Shown in pieces: positions 39,170 to 53,164 of a stretch of DNA of 62,052 nt. The notes beneath the pieces were generated by a model that was given only the letters and a program-made list of their open reading frames with translations, searched no databases and was not told the DNA's origin. The stretch's first letter is position 1. The number at the start of each line of letters is the position of its first letter. The stretch is from Girardia tigrina (Eukaryota), in contig MQRK01182049.1 of the NCBI GenBank assembly GCA_001938485.1, positions 24,808 through 86,859 on the forward strand, given 5' to 3'. A program made the translations under genes and the position numbers.

Positions 39170-40521
39170 CATTGACGACATTCAAATTGTTAGCGAGGCT
39201 GATGAGTACAAACTTCACGGCATTCATTTCGGTAGTTGTGTCTACGTGTCCACCACAACTAAGATATTTTACTGATAAAGATATTGCGGTTAACCTAACT
39301 GACACGCGATTATGTAATGCAGTAGATAAGTCACCTGAGAACATTGACTTTTTGTTGGGTTAATTCTTCTAATACAAATCGAACAGCAGCATTTGCCATC
39401 GCCAAAGTACATTTTCTCTTTGACAGTCTTTACTATCAATTCCACTGGCTTCAAAGCTCGACAAAAGATTTTAAGTGTGTTATTTTCAGATTCCCTAAAG
39501 GTGATTTCTGAATTCAAACAAACTAAAGTTTTTTCACGGAGCTTTTCGAAAAAAACACAAATTTTTAATAAATTATACAGTGTTTTTGATTACCACGTTT
39601 TACTTAACTTGCTTTGGGTTCTGTCTGTCTTTCTGTTTGTTTGTGATGTTTCACATTTCACACGCTTTTTTAGACCACTTCCACTCATCCGATCGTTTTG
39701 AAATTGTTTATGTAGGCTTCTTCTGCCTGACATTTTGAGATTTTAGCATCTCTGCATCTCACAAATGCTCTAATAAATTCAAATTAATTAATTTTAATTT
39801 TATATGGACTAAATTAAAATATAAAATTTATAAATTATAAAATTAAATCTTGGTATACTATTTATAATAATAAGTAGTATAATAATACTAAGTAGTATAA
39901 TAATACTACTAAAAAATAAGAAAATAATAATAAATAAAAAAGTTTTAACAAACCACGTTTTCATATGGACTAAAAAGAGGAAAATAATTTTTTTCTAGAC
40001 ATGTGAGAAATTTTATACCTAACCAAAAACGTGGGGCATAGAAATAATCGATTGTTACTAAAAAGCAGNNNNNNNNNNNNNNNNNNNNNNNNNNNNNNNN
40101 NNNNNNNNNNNNNNNNNNTAATAGCAGTAATTCAGAAATCCGCCCCACGTTTTTGGTTAGGTATAAAATTTCTCACATGTCTAGAAAAAATTATTTTCCT
40201 CTTTTTAGTCCATATGAAAACGTGGTTTTTAAAACTTATTTATTTATTATTATTAATTATAAAACTAAATCATAAAAAAAGTAAAATCTTTTTTTTAAAT
40301 TAAAATCATTTTTTCATAAACTAAAATGAATTTTTATTAAAATAAAATTCTAAAATTTTTGTCTTATTTATTTTAATTTTAATTTTTTTTATTTTTTATT
40401 TTATTTTTTTTATTTTAATTTACTTTGATATCGAATAATTTATATTTTTGAAAATAGTTATTCAAATTTTGAATCTCGGGATCCCGACCTCATTTTCCTG
40501 TGAAATCGCCGGGAACCCCTA
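39170..40521 (-). mobile_element. Older, interrupted copy of the hAT element at 53165-54399
   Basis: 39170-39545 is the reverse complement of about 53450-53820, and 40430-40521 matches its left terminus (CGGGATCCCGACCTCATTTTCC). Unrelated sequence is inserted between the two parts. Confidence 0.85.
39928..40252. mobile_element. Palindromic MITE-like element with near-perfect inverted arms of about 100-120 bp
   Basis: AACCACGTTTTCATATGGACTAAAAAGAGG...CGTGGGGC and its reverse complement surround a small gap. A local misassembly cannot be excluded. Confidence 0.7.
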
Positions 40522-40994
40522 ATTGTGAATGACCGTTGGTTCATGTATTTTTTTCTTTTTGATGGATGTGTCAGTCTTTCTTTTTGGTCTCATCGGTCTC
40601 TCTTATTCACTGTTTGTGAGGATAATGTCTTATTACAGAAATAAATAAAAATACTAATTAAAGTCATTAAATAATGTGTCTCATTCGTATTTTGAAAAAT
40701 AAATTTAAAATTTATGTTGCATAAAAATAATAATAAAAAGAATGGCGATTAATTCTGAATGTAGCTCAATTTTTATTGTACAATTATTTTTACCTTTTTC
40801 GTTACTCAAAATTGAAATAATCAAATCAATCAATCGAGTCAAGGTTGACTTTAAAATATTTACGAATTGTTGTCAAATTATTTTTATTCTTTTCAATATG
40901 GATTTCAAAGAAATAAAAATCTTGTTTATCATGTTTATGTCGATTTATTAAATCTATTTGAACAACTTATAGAAAAACGAATCACTGTTGATCA

Positions 40995-42300
40995 TGGCCT
41001 TTTTTAACATATTGACTCGGGGGAACTAACCCCCCCAGTGACAAAAAATGCCCTCCAGTCCAAGGCAAAAGTGATAGACTGGGGGCACTTTTTTTAAAAT
41101 AGATTTTTAAAACTACTTTTCTATTTTTTGTGATCATAACCTGATGCTTTTGCAACAACATAAAACTTAAACTTCGCTGTTCTAGTAGAAGACTGAACCA
41201 CAAATACACAACAGAAGAATCCATTATCAGCACTTCTCAGAATACTGTAGAATCGTACAATCAAGGTTAAGTGAATGTAAAATGATAAGTAGAAAATAAT
41301 AGGGACTGTTTGGATGTATTTATGTTTGCACCTGGTGAAGGGAAGCGTAAAACACATTATGTGAAATGTAGAGCATGTGAAAAGTTTGTGAATGTATCTT
41401 GCAAGTTTGCTCACAATTGCACTGTTTACTTGGCTTATGACTGCCATGCAGATGCAACTGTAAAAGTGAAGGCTGTCACAGATCACCTTGACTGATTCTT
41501 CCAAAAGGCAGCACTCTGACATGTATATTGAGAATTGCAGTGGAAAATTCAGTCATCTCATCACCATTGGCTGATATGTTAGCAAAAGTACCGTGCGGAA
41601 GTTGTGGAGTTTCTTATCTCACTCGCCGTCGACATTTATAATGACAGTCTGATAAGTCCTCTTTCTGCCAACAGCTTACCCTCAAGGTATTTAACTCAAG
41701 TACATAGGTCAAAAATTATTAACAGTCTTTTCGAAAATGAAGTTATATTGGAGGGGGTTGTTGTGTGTAATAACGTCCGCAATACAGCTGACTTGATCAA
41801 GTTTGACGTGTTTGTTAGCGACCAGATGACGGCACCTAAATCGTACAATCAATTACACGATAAAAATGATGTTCAATGCTACTGATCGTTTCCGGAGAAG
41901 TTCCGATGGAACTCCCTCGTGAGCTACAGATTTTTGCTGCTTACGCAGCGCAAGTTGATAGTTGTGTCAATCTGCAAATGGGGGATTTAAGTCTCTACGA
42001 GAAAAGTAATAGAAGAGCATGAAGTAAAGAACGTATTCAAAGCTTCAACGAAGATTCGGCACTACATGCCCAGGTAACACAGACTCATTTTAAAAGCTGT
42101 TAACACGAATATGCCAACTACAAGAAATCAGGATTCAGTGAGACTCGAAATTATATAATCAGTACAGAATTATCTTGTAGAGCGGTTTGATGTGGAGCAA
42201 GAAGTAGTCCAAGACATTTTAACTCTTTTGCAAACAGCAGAACTCAAAATATTTATTATTTCAGGAGTCAAAATAACATGACATTTGTTTTCAGAAGAAA
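40995..42300 (+). mobile_element. Decayed hAT element (C17orf113/ZNF862-like transposase)
   Basis: GC-rich subterminal CCCCCAGT motifs at about 41020-41090. N-terminal zinc-finger-like VKCRACEK...DHL, then LAVDIYNDSL...SLPSR; many stops. Confidence 0.5.
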
Positions 42301-42919
42301 TCCAGCGCTTTGTTTTAGTTTTGATTACTTTGGATTATTGTTGTGTGACTTGAATAATTCGTATGAATAAAATTTCGTGACGAAAATTTAATTGAAGTCG
42401 TTCTTATTTTTGTGAATTGAAATTTGCGGGAAATAATTTTAATTAAAATTTTTGATTGTAAATGTATTTTGTATGAACGTGACTTGACGAATTTCTGAAA
42501 GAATTTTGAATGAAATAAATTTTTGTGGAAAAAGACTTGTAAGAAAATTCAAAATCGTAATGAGTCAACGGATAATTTATTGATGAATTGAAACCATAAT
42601 AATTCTGATTCATTTTGCACTAATAATTTATATCAGAATGTAAAAGAGGCGTTTATTAATCATAAACGAATTATTAAAAATTCAACTTTTCTAAATTTTT
42701 AATCCATTGTTGATTGAATTCTCGAACGTAATCATCATTTCACCTATGAGTTCAAGTACATTTTTCAAATTGTCGATACTGTCCAAGACATCAGGTTCTC
42801 TCTTAGTCTCACTAATTCTTATTTGAAACATCTTTTTCCGATGACGCCAGGACCTTGTTCGACAGTCTTTATGTTTACATTTTATTTCAATTTAAACGCC
42901 AAGCACGATGAGAATATGA

Positions 42920-43715
42920 TTTTTTTGTAATTTATCCGTGACCCAGTGATGCCTCACAGGAGGCGGAGCGCCGATACCACGTAAATGCGGGCCTCCCATC
43001 TCTTTCGAATGGTATTGAGCCTCTAGGCTCTTTAGAGGGTCCACCCAAACTAAAGAATCACTAGCAGCGGATAGTTTCGGTCTCCGAGATCTTTTCGGCT
43101 TCCCTGTGAGAAACGACCACCCATGGGTTGTATAGCTGTATACTGCATACCTTTGGCTGTATTCGTGGACTTCGTACAGCCGCGAAAGGGACATCTGAAC
43201 TCCCCCCTGGCAGTTAGATCTGCAATCCTAAAAGTCAGATGTGTTTCTTCAGTACCTATCGCTTCTTCCACCGCCGTCGAGATAGTCGGGGGGTCCGTCA
43301 CGGATTGAATCTGGTTGCCTGAAATGTTNNNNNNNNNNNNNNNNNNNNNNNNNNNNNNNNNNNNNNNNNNNNNNNNNNTGGTTTGCGCTGGTGTCATTGT
43401 CTGTTCTCCAATTTCTTCTGTCTCCTCCAATTTATGATCCCGGTAGAGGTGCCTGGTCAGCCACCCCTTCGTTTTGTACGACTTTTTGCATAGTGTACAT
43501 GGGAAAGGCAATTGCTGTTGTTGTATCTCATTGAGCTGATCAGGATTAGCGGAAGTGGACACCGCGTGGTCCCTTTTCATGTGTCTGTTCAGCTCCTTCT
43601 TTTCGGCAAACTCCTTGTAGCATCTTTCTATTGGACATTGGTGACGTTTGTCTCTCTCGTTGATCAGCTTCGGTACAGTTGTTCTTGTCCTATTGAGTCT
43701 TCCTGATCGAATTAG
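42920..43715 (-). mobile_element. Internally deleted non-LTR retrotransposon derivative (RLE/R2-NeSL-CRE-like): three C2H2 fingers joined to a structured 3' end and A-tail
   Basis: CPIERCYKEFAEKKELNRHMKRDH, CTLCKKSYKTKGWLTRHLYRDH and CPFRGCTKSTNTAKG/..HSYTTH (frameshifted). Then a hairpin-rich GC segment ending GGATAAATTAC-A7 at 42926-42920. No RT present. Confidence 0.6.
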
Positions 43716-44559
43716 GGAGTTTATGTAAAATGCACTGAATTCGTCACCACTACTAATTCCAGAATTCACAGATTCATTAAAAAAATCATTGAAAAGAAAT
43801 ATCAATTTCAAACGTCCATATGAAATCGGTATTTAAACAACACGCATAAATTGTGAAATTTATTAAAAAAATAATTGGAAACATTTAATTAATTTTGAAT
43901 ATATTTTAGCATATGCTTTGCTGATAATAAATTTTAATAAAGTAATAAATTATAATAATATACAAAATAATCAGAAGGAGATCTAATGTTTGTAAGCTAT
44001 AGATAAATAGTAAAAACAGTCGACTTAATTTACGATTTAAGAAGTCAAATAATTATAAAATATATAATATTTTATTAAAACTCCAGATATAAATCAAAGT
44101 CATTTCGAGTAAACAATTTAATATAATCTTGGTACAGTCTCAATGATGTCAGTCACACAAATCTCCTAAGACAAAGGTCTCACAGTGGTAAATTATATAT
44201 AATTTATCATTGTCAGTAGTAAATCAGAAAACAAACCAGAGTCATCATGATAGATGAGCATCTCTAATTACATACTTACGAGATAAAATATTATTATTTA
44301 TATTTCAAATATAATTTTTTAAAATACTTACATACTCCTTTTCTTTTTCCTCATATCTAACTTCGAATTTAAAGGATCAGATTGCGGATCGGTATCCTGG
44401 TTCGAGGAAGGATTGATTGAGCTATTTACTGAAACAATGGGCTGTTCTGATTTTCTACCCGGTCTCTATACAAAAAGATAATTCAAATAAGTAATTTTTT
44501 ACAAATAGTGATATTAAACTAATATCTGAAAGCATCGATCTCTATTTTTTGACAAAAGT

Positions 44560-44822
44560 TTAGGTCATCCAAACATGTTAAATATCTCACACTTAAAATT
44601 CAGTTTTGAAACTATCACGAGCAAAGAAAACTATTTTGGAGTTCTCACAAGCCAGTTGTTCTTTTCCAACGAAGGAAAAGCCCTTTGAAAATGTGTTTCT
44701 TAACTCAAAAAAAACTAAAGTCAAAGTTTATTGATAAATCACCAATATAAATATTTATGTTATTCGTCATTTGAGTAGCAGCTTGTTGAGGCCATTTCAA
44801 TAAAAGGTTTATGGGCGAGAAT
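44560..44822 (-). mobile_element. Mariner remnants
   Basis: DSRP..FY.NGLNKLLLK*, matching the C-terminus at about 8190-8250, plus N-terminal FSKGFSFVGKEQ pieces. Confidence 0.45.
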
Positions 44823-47569
44823 CTGTGTTTTTAGAATCGCAAATGTATACAAATGTGTACATGCCGGACAAAAATGATCAAAACACACCTTTTAAATGAT
44901 ATATTTATAAAATTATTGTTTTAAATAAATAAAATGTGTTTTAAAGGATACCTTTACGAAGACAAACTAACTAATATCGAAGAATGAATTTTTTGTTAAA
45001 TAAAAATTCATTTAATTTTAATTTAGGACAAAATATACAAAATAAAAATAATTTCTTTAATTATTTATTTTTATTTTAAAATTCTCTTTGTAAAAGGATT
45101 TCCAATTTGGTTTTTTTTAATATAATTACTAAATTTATTTAACAAAATTTGAAATTTTATAAAAAATAAAGTATTCCCAAAATAATATTAATGTCTTTAA
45201 TGGGACACAACAAAGGCGGTGGTTAAAGGATCATTAATTGCTTTTAATTGAATTCATTAGCCGAAATGCTACACATGTTTCCTTCATGCTACAAAAGAAA
45301 TCCTCATTTCCTATCATAATCTCATTAATACGACTCATTTCCAGCCGGCGATCCTCTTCCTCCATGCTTCTTGGGAATAAGCTTTATAATATATTTTTAA
45401 AACTTTGACTCCATAAAGTACTTTTAGTCATCACAATGAAACTTTTGACTTTCATCTTAGTTGACGTTTTTAGTATCCATTCTTATTAATAATCACATAG
45501 GGATACCTTGAGTTTGCGTCCTATAGGTGCTTAGAAAGAGTGCAAAGTTCAAGGAGAAAAGAATTTTGAAATAACAACATATCAAATGACAATAATTTAA
45601 AAATAGAAGAAGAATAACTACTTAGCTGCAATAGGAATGCCATGGATGGACATCTATACCCTTATTACATGGGGAAATAATCCATCAAGTGGTAATGCGG
45701 GTGCCTTTAACTATACGTTTAGTTAAGAGTCCAAAAATGGAAGACCGGATTCAAATTTGAGAGATTTACTGCAAATGTTCTATTTTTATAAAATGCAACA
45801 CGGATCATATTTGTGCTAATTTAGAATATTTAAATTAAATAATGAAGAAAAATAATTAGGATCAAATTTTACCAATTGAAGAGACTCTATAGTTTTAATG
45901 GACCAGCTAAAATTTCTATAGAATGATTATTAACGTACAAGTAAATCCCGTTTTCATCATTATTAAACAACGATTTTTCTTCTGCAAAATGGTCACAATC
46001 TGACTATTTTTTAACCACGAAAATCGATTTGTCAGTGCCCATAATGAATAAATAAATTAAATAAATATATAAATATATAAAATAAATAACAAAGAACAAA
46101 GTGCCAATATCTATTACGCTGCGCCTATAGCCGTCATTATGTTGTTTGAGTCCGGATCGCACGGCGCGCTAATAGCCGACATAATCGTTTAAGGGATTGA
46201 AGGGAAAATAATCGAATTCGATTAAATTAGATGATATTTGTCATTTAGTTCGACAGTTCTTATAGAATCAAGGAAGACAAACGGTTTGGATAAGTGAGAG
46301 TGAAGAAAAACATTTTTTATTATACTCAGTATTTAATTGATAAGTTCCGAAGTAATTGAATGTTATGAAAAATTATATTTGACTTCCGTTACGTCCAGTG
46401 AAATTAAAGTACAATAGTTTACAGAAATGAAATTTATTGATGCAGTCAAGATATGACTCTCTATTGGCGCCATTTCAGGTTTTTGTCAAGTAATGGTCTA
46501 CCTTGCTTAATATCGATGTCTGATGAGGTGAAAGGTTTTCAATGCAACGAAAGAAGGACATGCCGATGAACTGAAATACGGAAATTTTAAAAGAAGATTG
46601 TAAATATGAATGTCCTTGTAGAACTACAAACTACTATATAATCAACCAGCTCAAAATACGTAAGATGAAGGTAAATATTGTCGGCTCGAGTGATATATGC
46701 GATGAGAAAAAAATAAGAGTTTCCCAAAATTTAGAATACAATATTATTATTATAATTAATAATAATAAAAATAAAATTAATCATAGTTATTATTATTATA
46801 GTTATGATAAAATTTTTAAATAATGTATACATAAATGAAATTGTTAAAATAATAAAAATACTTAAAGTAATAATAATAATAATAATAATCACAATAAAAA
46901 TGATTAATGTTATTTTGTTAAATATTTATTACATATAATTTTAAAAAGAAATTTCCCACAAAACCTTAGTTTTACCGAATTTAATATCAATTATTATTGA
47001 TGAATTATTTATTATTGTTTATTCAGTTTTCGAAAAATTTTTAATGCTTCAATTTTTTCATTATTATATTTTATAATCTCATTTTTCTTTTGTAATCTAT
47101 TGTCCGGTCGTTTCATCGTACGGTCATTTCTTCACATTATTAAGAACACCAACATGGGTCTTCACACATTTATTTTTATCACAATGTGAACTGTCTTTGG
47201 GACAATTCTCAGCAAAACTTTCATAATTTGACATCTCACTAAATTGATAATTTTGTGTCTTGTTAATAAACCATTATTTGAACAAATTTTTATTATAAAT
47301 AATTTTCAGATTTTATTTTTAAAGTTCAAATTTTATAATCTTGGTGATAACTTTATCTAAATATTAATTTAATTTTAAAAATGATTTTATTTAAAAAAAC
47401 ATTAATTTAATCAATTTAAAAATTAGTTAAAAGTTATTTACTTTATTTAAATTTTTGATATTAAAATTTGAAACGATTTAATATTTTTTAAGTTTTTCAA
47501 TATCTTATGCTGTTATTTAAAATATAAATTATACTCGAATAATTATTTATCGGGAACATCAAAAATATC

Positions 47570-47672
47570 AATTTTCCATCTGGGTGGGAGAAACACATTT
47601 CCAAATACTAAACTCAACATACAAAATTCAACAAACCAATTTCAACATACCAAATTTAAAATATTCCTCACA
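47570..47672 (-). repeat. Dispersed repeat beginning TGTGAGGAATATTT, possibly the 5' end of a solo LTR
   Basis: Related copies at about 11070-11170, 49893-49978 and 60680-60755 share TTCCATCTGGGTGGGAGAAACACATTTCC...AAAATATTCCTCACA. Confidence 0.6.
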
Positions 47673-50600
47673 CACATATTTAATGATGGCATTAATAATT
47701 ATTTTGGGCAAAAACAAGAAAAAGAAATAGAATGTCTTCTAATTTTATTATTTTTTAAAATATATTTTATGCACATTTATTTAAACTTCATTTCTTGCGT
47801 TTAAACAATATAATATATTGTGAAGACCTAACTGATTATTTAAGTTAAATAAAATATTAAAAAAATATTACGGTTTTTAACGAAAAAAACAGGAATTAAA
47901 AATAAACAAGAAACTATAACAATTATCACTTGTTTAACCTGGCTCTATTTGTTTTCCTCTTTCCTCTCTCGGGATATCCATTCCTCCACACCTCTACCTA
48001 AATGCTAACCTACTCCAGACGACTCTCGTTAATCGTCAAAGAAAAGAGTTAAATGTAAAAAATAAACATTTACTTCATTTTACAGAAACATAACCAAACT
48101 CACATTATTGTAAATACAAAAGAATTCATACTTACTAGTGTCTGGCTTTTATTCAAATATTTGTACAAATTGACGCAAATTTATGATTATGTTCACTTTT
48201 TGCTGTTTTTTCAAGAATTTTTTCTCAGGTAAATTTGAATAATTTTATTTTCACTTATGTTTTGTTTATTATTTCATGAGATCAAGACCATTTGAGTATG
48301 TGACAAAGGGTAATAAGAATGGTGACCTTGACCCATTTGTATTGGTTACATTTACCGGCCAGAAACATAAAAATGTATTCTTCCTCCACTTATTATTTAT
48401 AAGTTTTTAATTTAAAATTTGAACACAAATTAAACAATTATGTAAAATATAAAAAATACATAAAGTTTATAAGATTAAAAAGTAAAAAATATTTTTTTTA
48501 AAAACCTAGAAAACTGTATAATAATTAAAATAAACAAAAAATCGTAAGTTAAAAAGTTTAAATTAATTAAAACTAATATATTTTCCAAAACAAAATATTT
48601 AGTAAAAATTTTAAAAAAAGAAATAAGGAAGTTAAACTGATTTGAAAAAAATAACAATAATTCGGTTAAAAATTTACAATGTGAAACGAAATTACTTGAA
48701 AAGAAATTAAAGTTAAAGTTGACTTAAATATTTTTTTAACAAAAGAAGTAAATTTCAGAGATGAATTTAGTAGTGAAAGTTTAATAAATTTAAATTTAAG
48801 TAGAAATTTACTTAAAACAAAATTTAATGAACGGATTTCCGTGAAATGATTAAATGAACGAGAAGAAATTTGTTTAAATTCGCGAGTAATTTTCATTAAT
48901 AAATTATCGCGTGGAATTATGATTTCTAATTCTGAATCAGCCATCACCGAAAATAATGTTAATGCAACTAAAATTATTATTATTAGTATTACTATTATTT
49001 TTATTAAAAAATAAAATTTAGAGTTTTAAAATATCGATATTTATTTCTTAGGTAAAATTAAAATAATTAAAATAGGTATAAATTAAATAAAATTTTATGA
49101 GAATTTAAACAAAATTAAATAAATATAAAAGCGTATTTATCAACAGTGATTAGCAAATGTGTTTTCTTAATTTAATATGGGTAATTAACGTTCAAAAGTC
49201 GTAAATTGATAAATATATTATAAATTTAATTAATTAATTTCATTTTTTTTAATTATAATATTTTTGTTTGTTACTATAGCATGCAAAAATAGAATAATAA
49301 TCCTCAATTGAATCGTTTGACTTTTTTAATGCCTTAATCGTCTCTAGCTGATGATATTTTCCCATCCGCATATGAGAATTACAACAGAAAGCGACCGCAA
49401 CCGGATTATGTTACAAGGGATTATCGGAGAACCTGCCGTCGCAATTTTGGTAACAAATTTAATGAAAAATATATTTAAAGAATATTGCCCATATAATCTT
49501 AAAATAGTATCTAAAAATAATAGATAAAAATATAAGTATTAAGAACACCAATTTGATTTTTTATATTTTTATTTAAACAACAATTTTGATTGTCCTCAAA
49601 ACAATCTTTGTCAAAACTTTCGTACATTTGCATTCAAAGCGAAAATTGATTAATGGTTTAATTCTCATTACTTTTTTAGAAAATGGGGAAATAAATATTT
49701 AAATAAAATATTCACTCAAAACTTATTGGATAATAATTAAAATGATAATCAATTATTTAAAAAATATTAATTTGATTTATTTATTAAATATTATAAAACT
49801 TAATTAACTTATTTTAAATTTTAAAATTATATGAAATTAGAAATAAATTTAAACATTACATATTTTCAGACAATAAGAATTAAAATATTAATCATCCATC
49901 TGGGTAGGAGAGACACATTTCCAAATCAACATACACATTCAAACACAAAACATGAAACATTCAAAATATTCCTCACAATAAGTATTTAAAAAAACACTTA
50001 ATAAAGATAGCACGAATTATAAGAATTAAGAATGAAATTATAAGAATGACAAGAATTAAGAAATACTGTTAGGAGATTTGGTTTGTTCATAAAAATTTTG
50101 AATTTAAAATCTGATAAAATTAATAATTAAATAATTACAATTCGTAAAATAAAGTTATATATGTTATATATATGTTAAAATAAGATTTTGATAAAATAAC
50201 GTTTTAAAATAAAATTACAATTACAAATTTTAAATTTCCCTTTTCTAAAATAAAATAGAATTATATTTTCAATAATAATTTCTTTTTTAGTTCAATTAAA
50301 CAACTTTTAAATTAATGTTTTTGTTACAGTTAAGTTTTCGTTTACAGCAAACAATAAAAATAAATATTAAAAATCAACAATATATTCTTAATGTAAAAAA
50401 CAAAACAAAAACGAAGATATTATTATTATAATAATTAAATAATTTTATTTATAAAATTCTAACTAATTGTTATTAATTAATTATTATAAACCAAAATTTA
50501 TAAAACAAAAGAAACATTTTAAAAATATAAAAAAAATAATTTGGCAATATTTTTTCTCTAAAAAAATCAATAAAAAGTCTAATTTTAAACCAAAACAAAA

Positions 50601-51001
50601 ACTTTCCTAAAAATTAACAAAGATATTTTGATTAAAAGTTAAAAATTAATTAATTTAATTTATTAATACTTTTTGTCGAAAATTGAAATCGATTTTCTTT
50701 TATTTTTAGAAATTCAGATTATTTTTAAAAAAAGAAACGATTATTTTTTTTCTTTCTATTTTGAAAAGTGAAAATTTTTATTCTAGAAAAAAATTTATTT
50801 CAGTAAAACAAATTAACATATGTTTATTTATTTATCCACGTGTTCTTTATTGTATGTTTTATATATATTGTGATGGTGTTTTAATTCTCTCGCACTTCTC
50901 CACTTGGATCCCTGGCGGAAGAACACTCACATGTATTAATAGTAAAACTAAAAGTTATTTTGCTTTAATTAATAATCAAATTTGGAACAAGATATTATTG
51001 A

Positions 51002-51219
51002 CCCCTTACAGCCCAGTGGGTCATATATGATCCCAAGTAATTTTTCATAATTTTATTACCCTAAATGCTTACCCTGCCATATATGGACCAAACTGTTGTT
51101 TTGGATATTCTGCATGAAAACATCATTTTTAAAAAATGAAAAAATACGTATCTCTTTATTTCTCCTTTCCTATATTGTATATTTTTTTATTAAAATAAAA
51201 GTAATCATGCAGTAAGGGG
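51002..51219. mobile_element. piggyBac-type MITE
   Basis: TIRs CCCCTTACAGC / GCAGTAAGGGG, flanked by TTGA and TTAA (TTAA target site, one side mutated). Confidence 0.75.
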
Positions 51220-53164
51220 TTAATTGAAGAAATACAGTATGGAATACTTTGATACATTTGAAAATAATTGATGTTCTAACTTTTTCTTTTCCTTTTTAAA
51301 TATAAAAGATATAAATAATAATAAAATAAGATGAAGAAAAGAAAACGGAGAAAAGGAAGACGAGAAAACGGAAGAAAAGTTCCTCTACTAAAAATTGTTT
51401 AAATAATTGTTATTTGTGTTATAAATAACAATTTTGCGTTAATGAAAAAAATAAATAAAAATTTGATCTTAATGAATTATAATCTTGATCAAGAATCAAC
51501 ATAATAATAATAATAATAATAATATTTTCAATTATATAATTTTATAATAAAATTATTTTAATAAAATGACGTTTAAACTTTATATTTTACTTTAGGAAAA
51601 TTAATCTTTGAGAACAAACATTTGATCTGAGGATTAAACTTATTATGGTCAAAAATAAACTAAATATTTTTTTAACATAAGAATCTTAATGTTGTTTTAT
51701 TTTTATCTGTTAAATTTTGAAAATTTAAATCGATTAAAAGAATTTTTAATCGATATTTGAGTAATAAAAATATATAAAACATAATCCACTGGAATTTTAA
51801 ATATTTTAAAATTCTATAAATTATAAATAACTTAAAATAAATAATAACTTTTACAAAAAAATAAAAAGTATGTTCTGAATTAAATTTCCAAAGCAATTAT
51901 AATTGTGTTCAAATCACTTTTATCAATAAGCAGCAGTAATGGGTGTAACGTCACATTCATTTGAAAGACTTGGCATGATCTCTGTAATAGAATCCAGGAA
52001 CATGGCCTTCATTAAGGGAGAAGTAATACATCGATTAATTCACAATTATTTAAAAAATAATGGAAGAAAGGTACAGTTGTAAAGTTTTATATATAAGATC
52101 TTTGGAACCTAAAATTTAAGTCGAAAATGCTCTATCTACATTCTTTTGAAAGTTTTAATATTATGTATCAATACATTGATTAATTACATCTTTGAATGTC
52201 ATGTTAAAACAACTTCATGTTTACAAGTTCTTTGTTCGAAGGATGATAATTAAACCGTTAAAATTGATAAACAAATAACTAATAAATTTTAATTTTAAGT
52301 GATTCAATGATTTAATTTTGAATAATACACAATTGCATATTTTATAAGTTCGACCAATCAGAGTAAGCCTTGGGTCAGACATTAAACTATTTCATCCCTT
52401 TTTAATCATTTTATTATTTTGTTGTCGATTGACAATTGTCGCACTTTTCGAATGTCAGGAGCGATATTTCACGTGAAGCTGAATTTGAAATTTCTTATTT
52501 TAAACGACTTTTAGTGATATTTTTGCGAACGATATTTTTATTGCTAAAACAAAATCGATTTTTTTGTGATGTTGTTGCTAAACGAAATTGAATCTCGAGA
52601 TTATGACTGCTTTGAAATTAAAATTTTTTTGCAAAACGATCGCGTGAATTGTTACTAAAAGAAATTGAATCTTAAGATTGTGATTTCGAGGCAATCTGGA
52701 TATCGGATGAAGCAATTCCTAAAAATTGTTATTTGAAAATATTTCTATTGAATATTCATTTACTTAAAGCAGGGACCCTCCTCAAATTCGGTAGTGTTTC
52801 TTCCTTAAGGTGCTCATTCTGTTAATTTTAAAAAGACTTAAAATAACTCAAGAGAATTACTTTAAAAAAAACAAAGAAAACCGAATTTATGTAAAAATTA
52901 AACAAAAACAATTAAAGAGAATGAGTAAACATTTCTAAAATCAGCCAATATTGACAAAGTCATATTAATTTCTTGTTATATTTTATTACAGTAATTTTAA
53001 TAAATATTTAATGTACTTTTAGGTGTTGATTGTAAACTTTTATTATTTTAAATAAAATAATTTTCTTTAATATTCAGCCATTTCACCATTTCGGTAGGGG
53101 TATCCTCTGAAGGGGCAGCAAAAAATAGTTGACGTTGACCATAAAAGTCTCATGCTCTCTACAC

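Noticed and set aside
46520-46560. CTGATGAG...CGAAA hammerhead-like core
   Set aside because: Stem II pairs poorly and no UH cleavage site or stem III follows.
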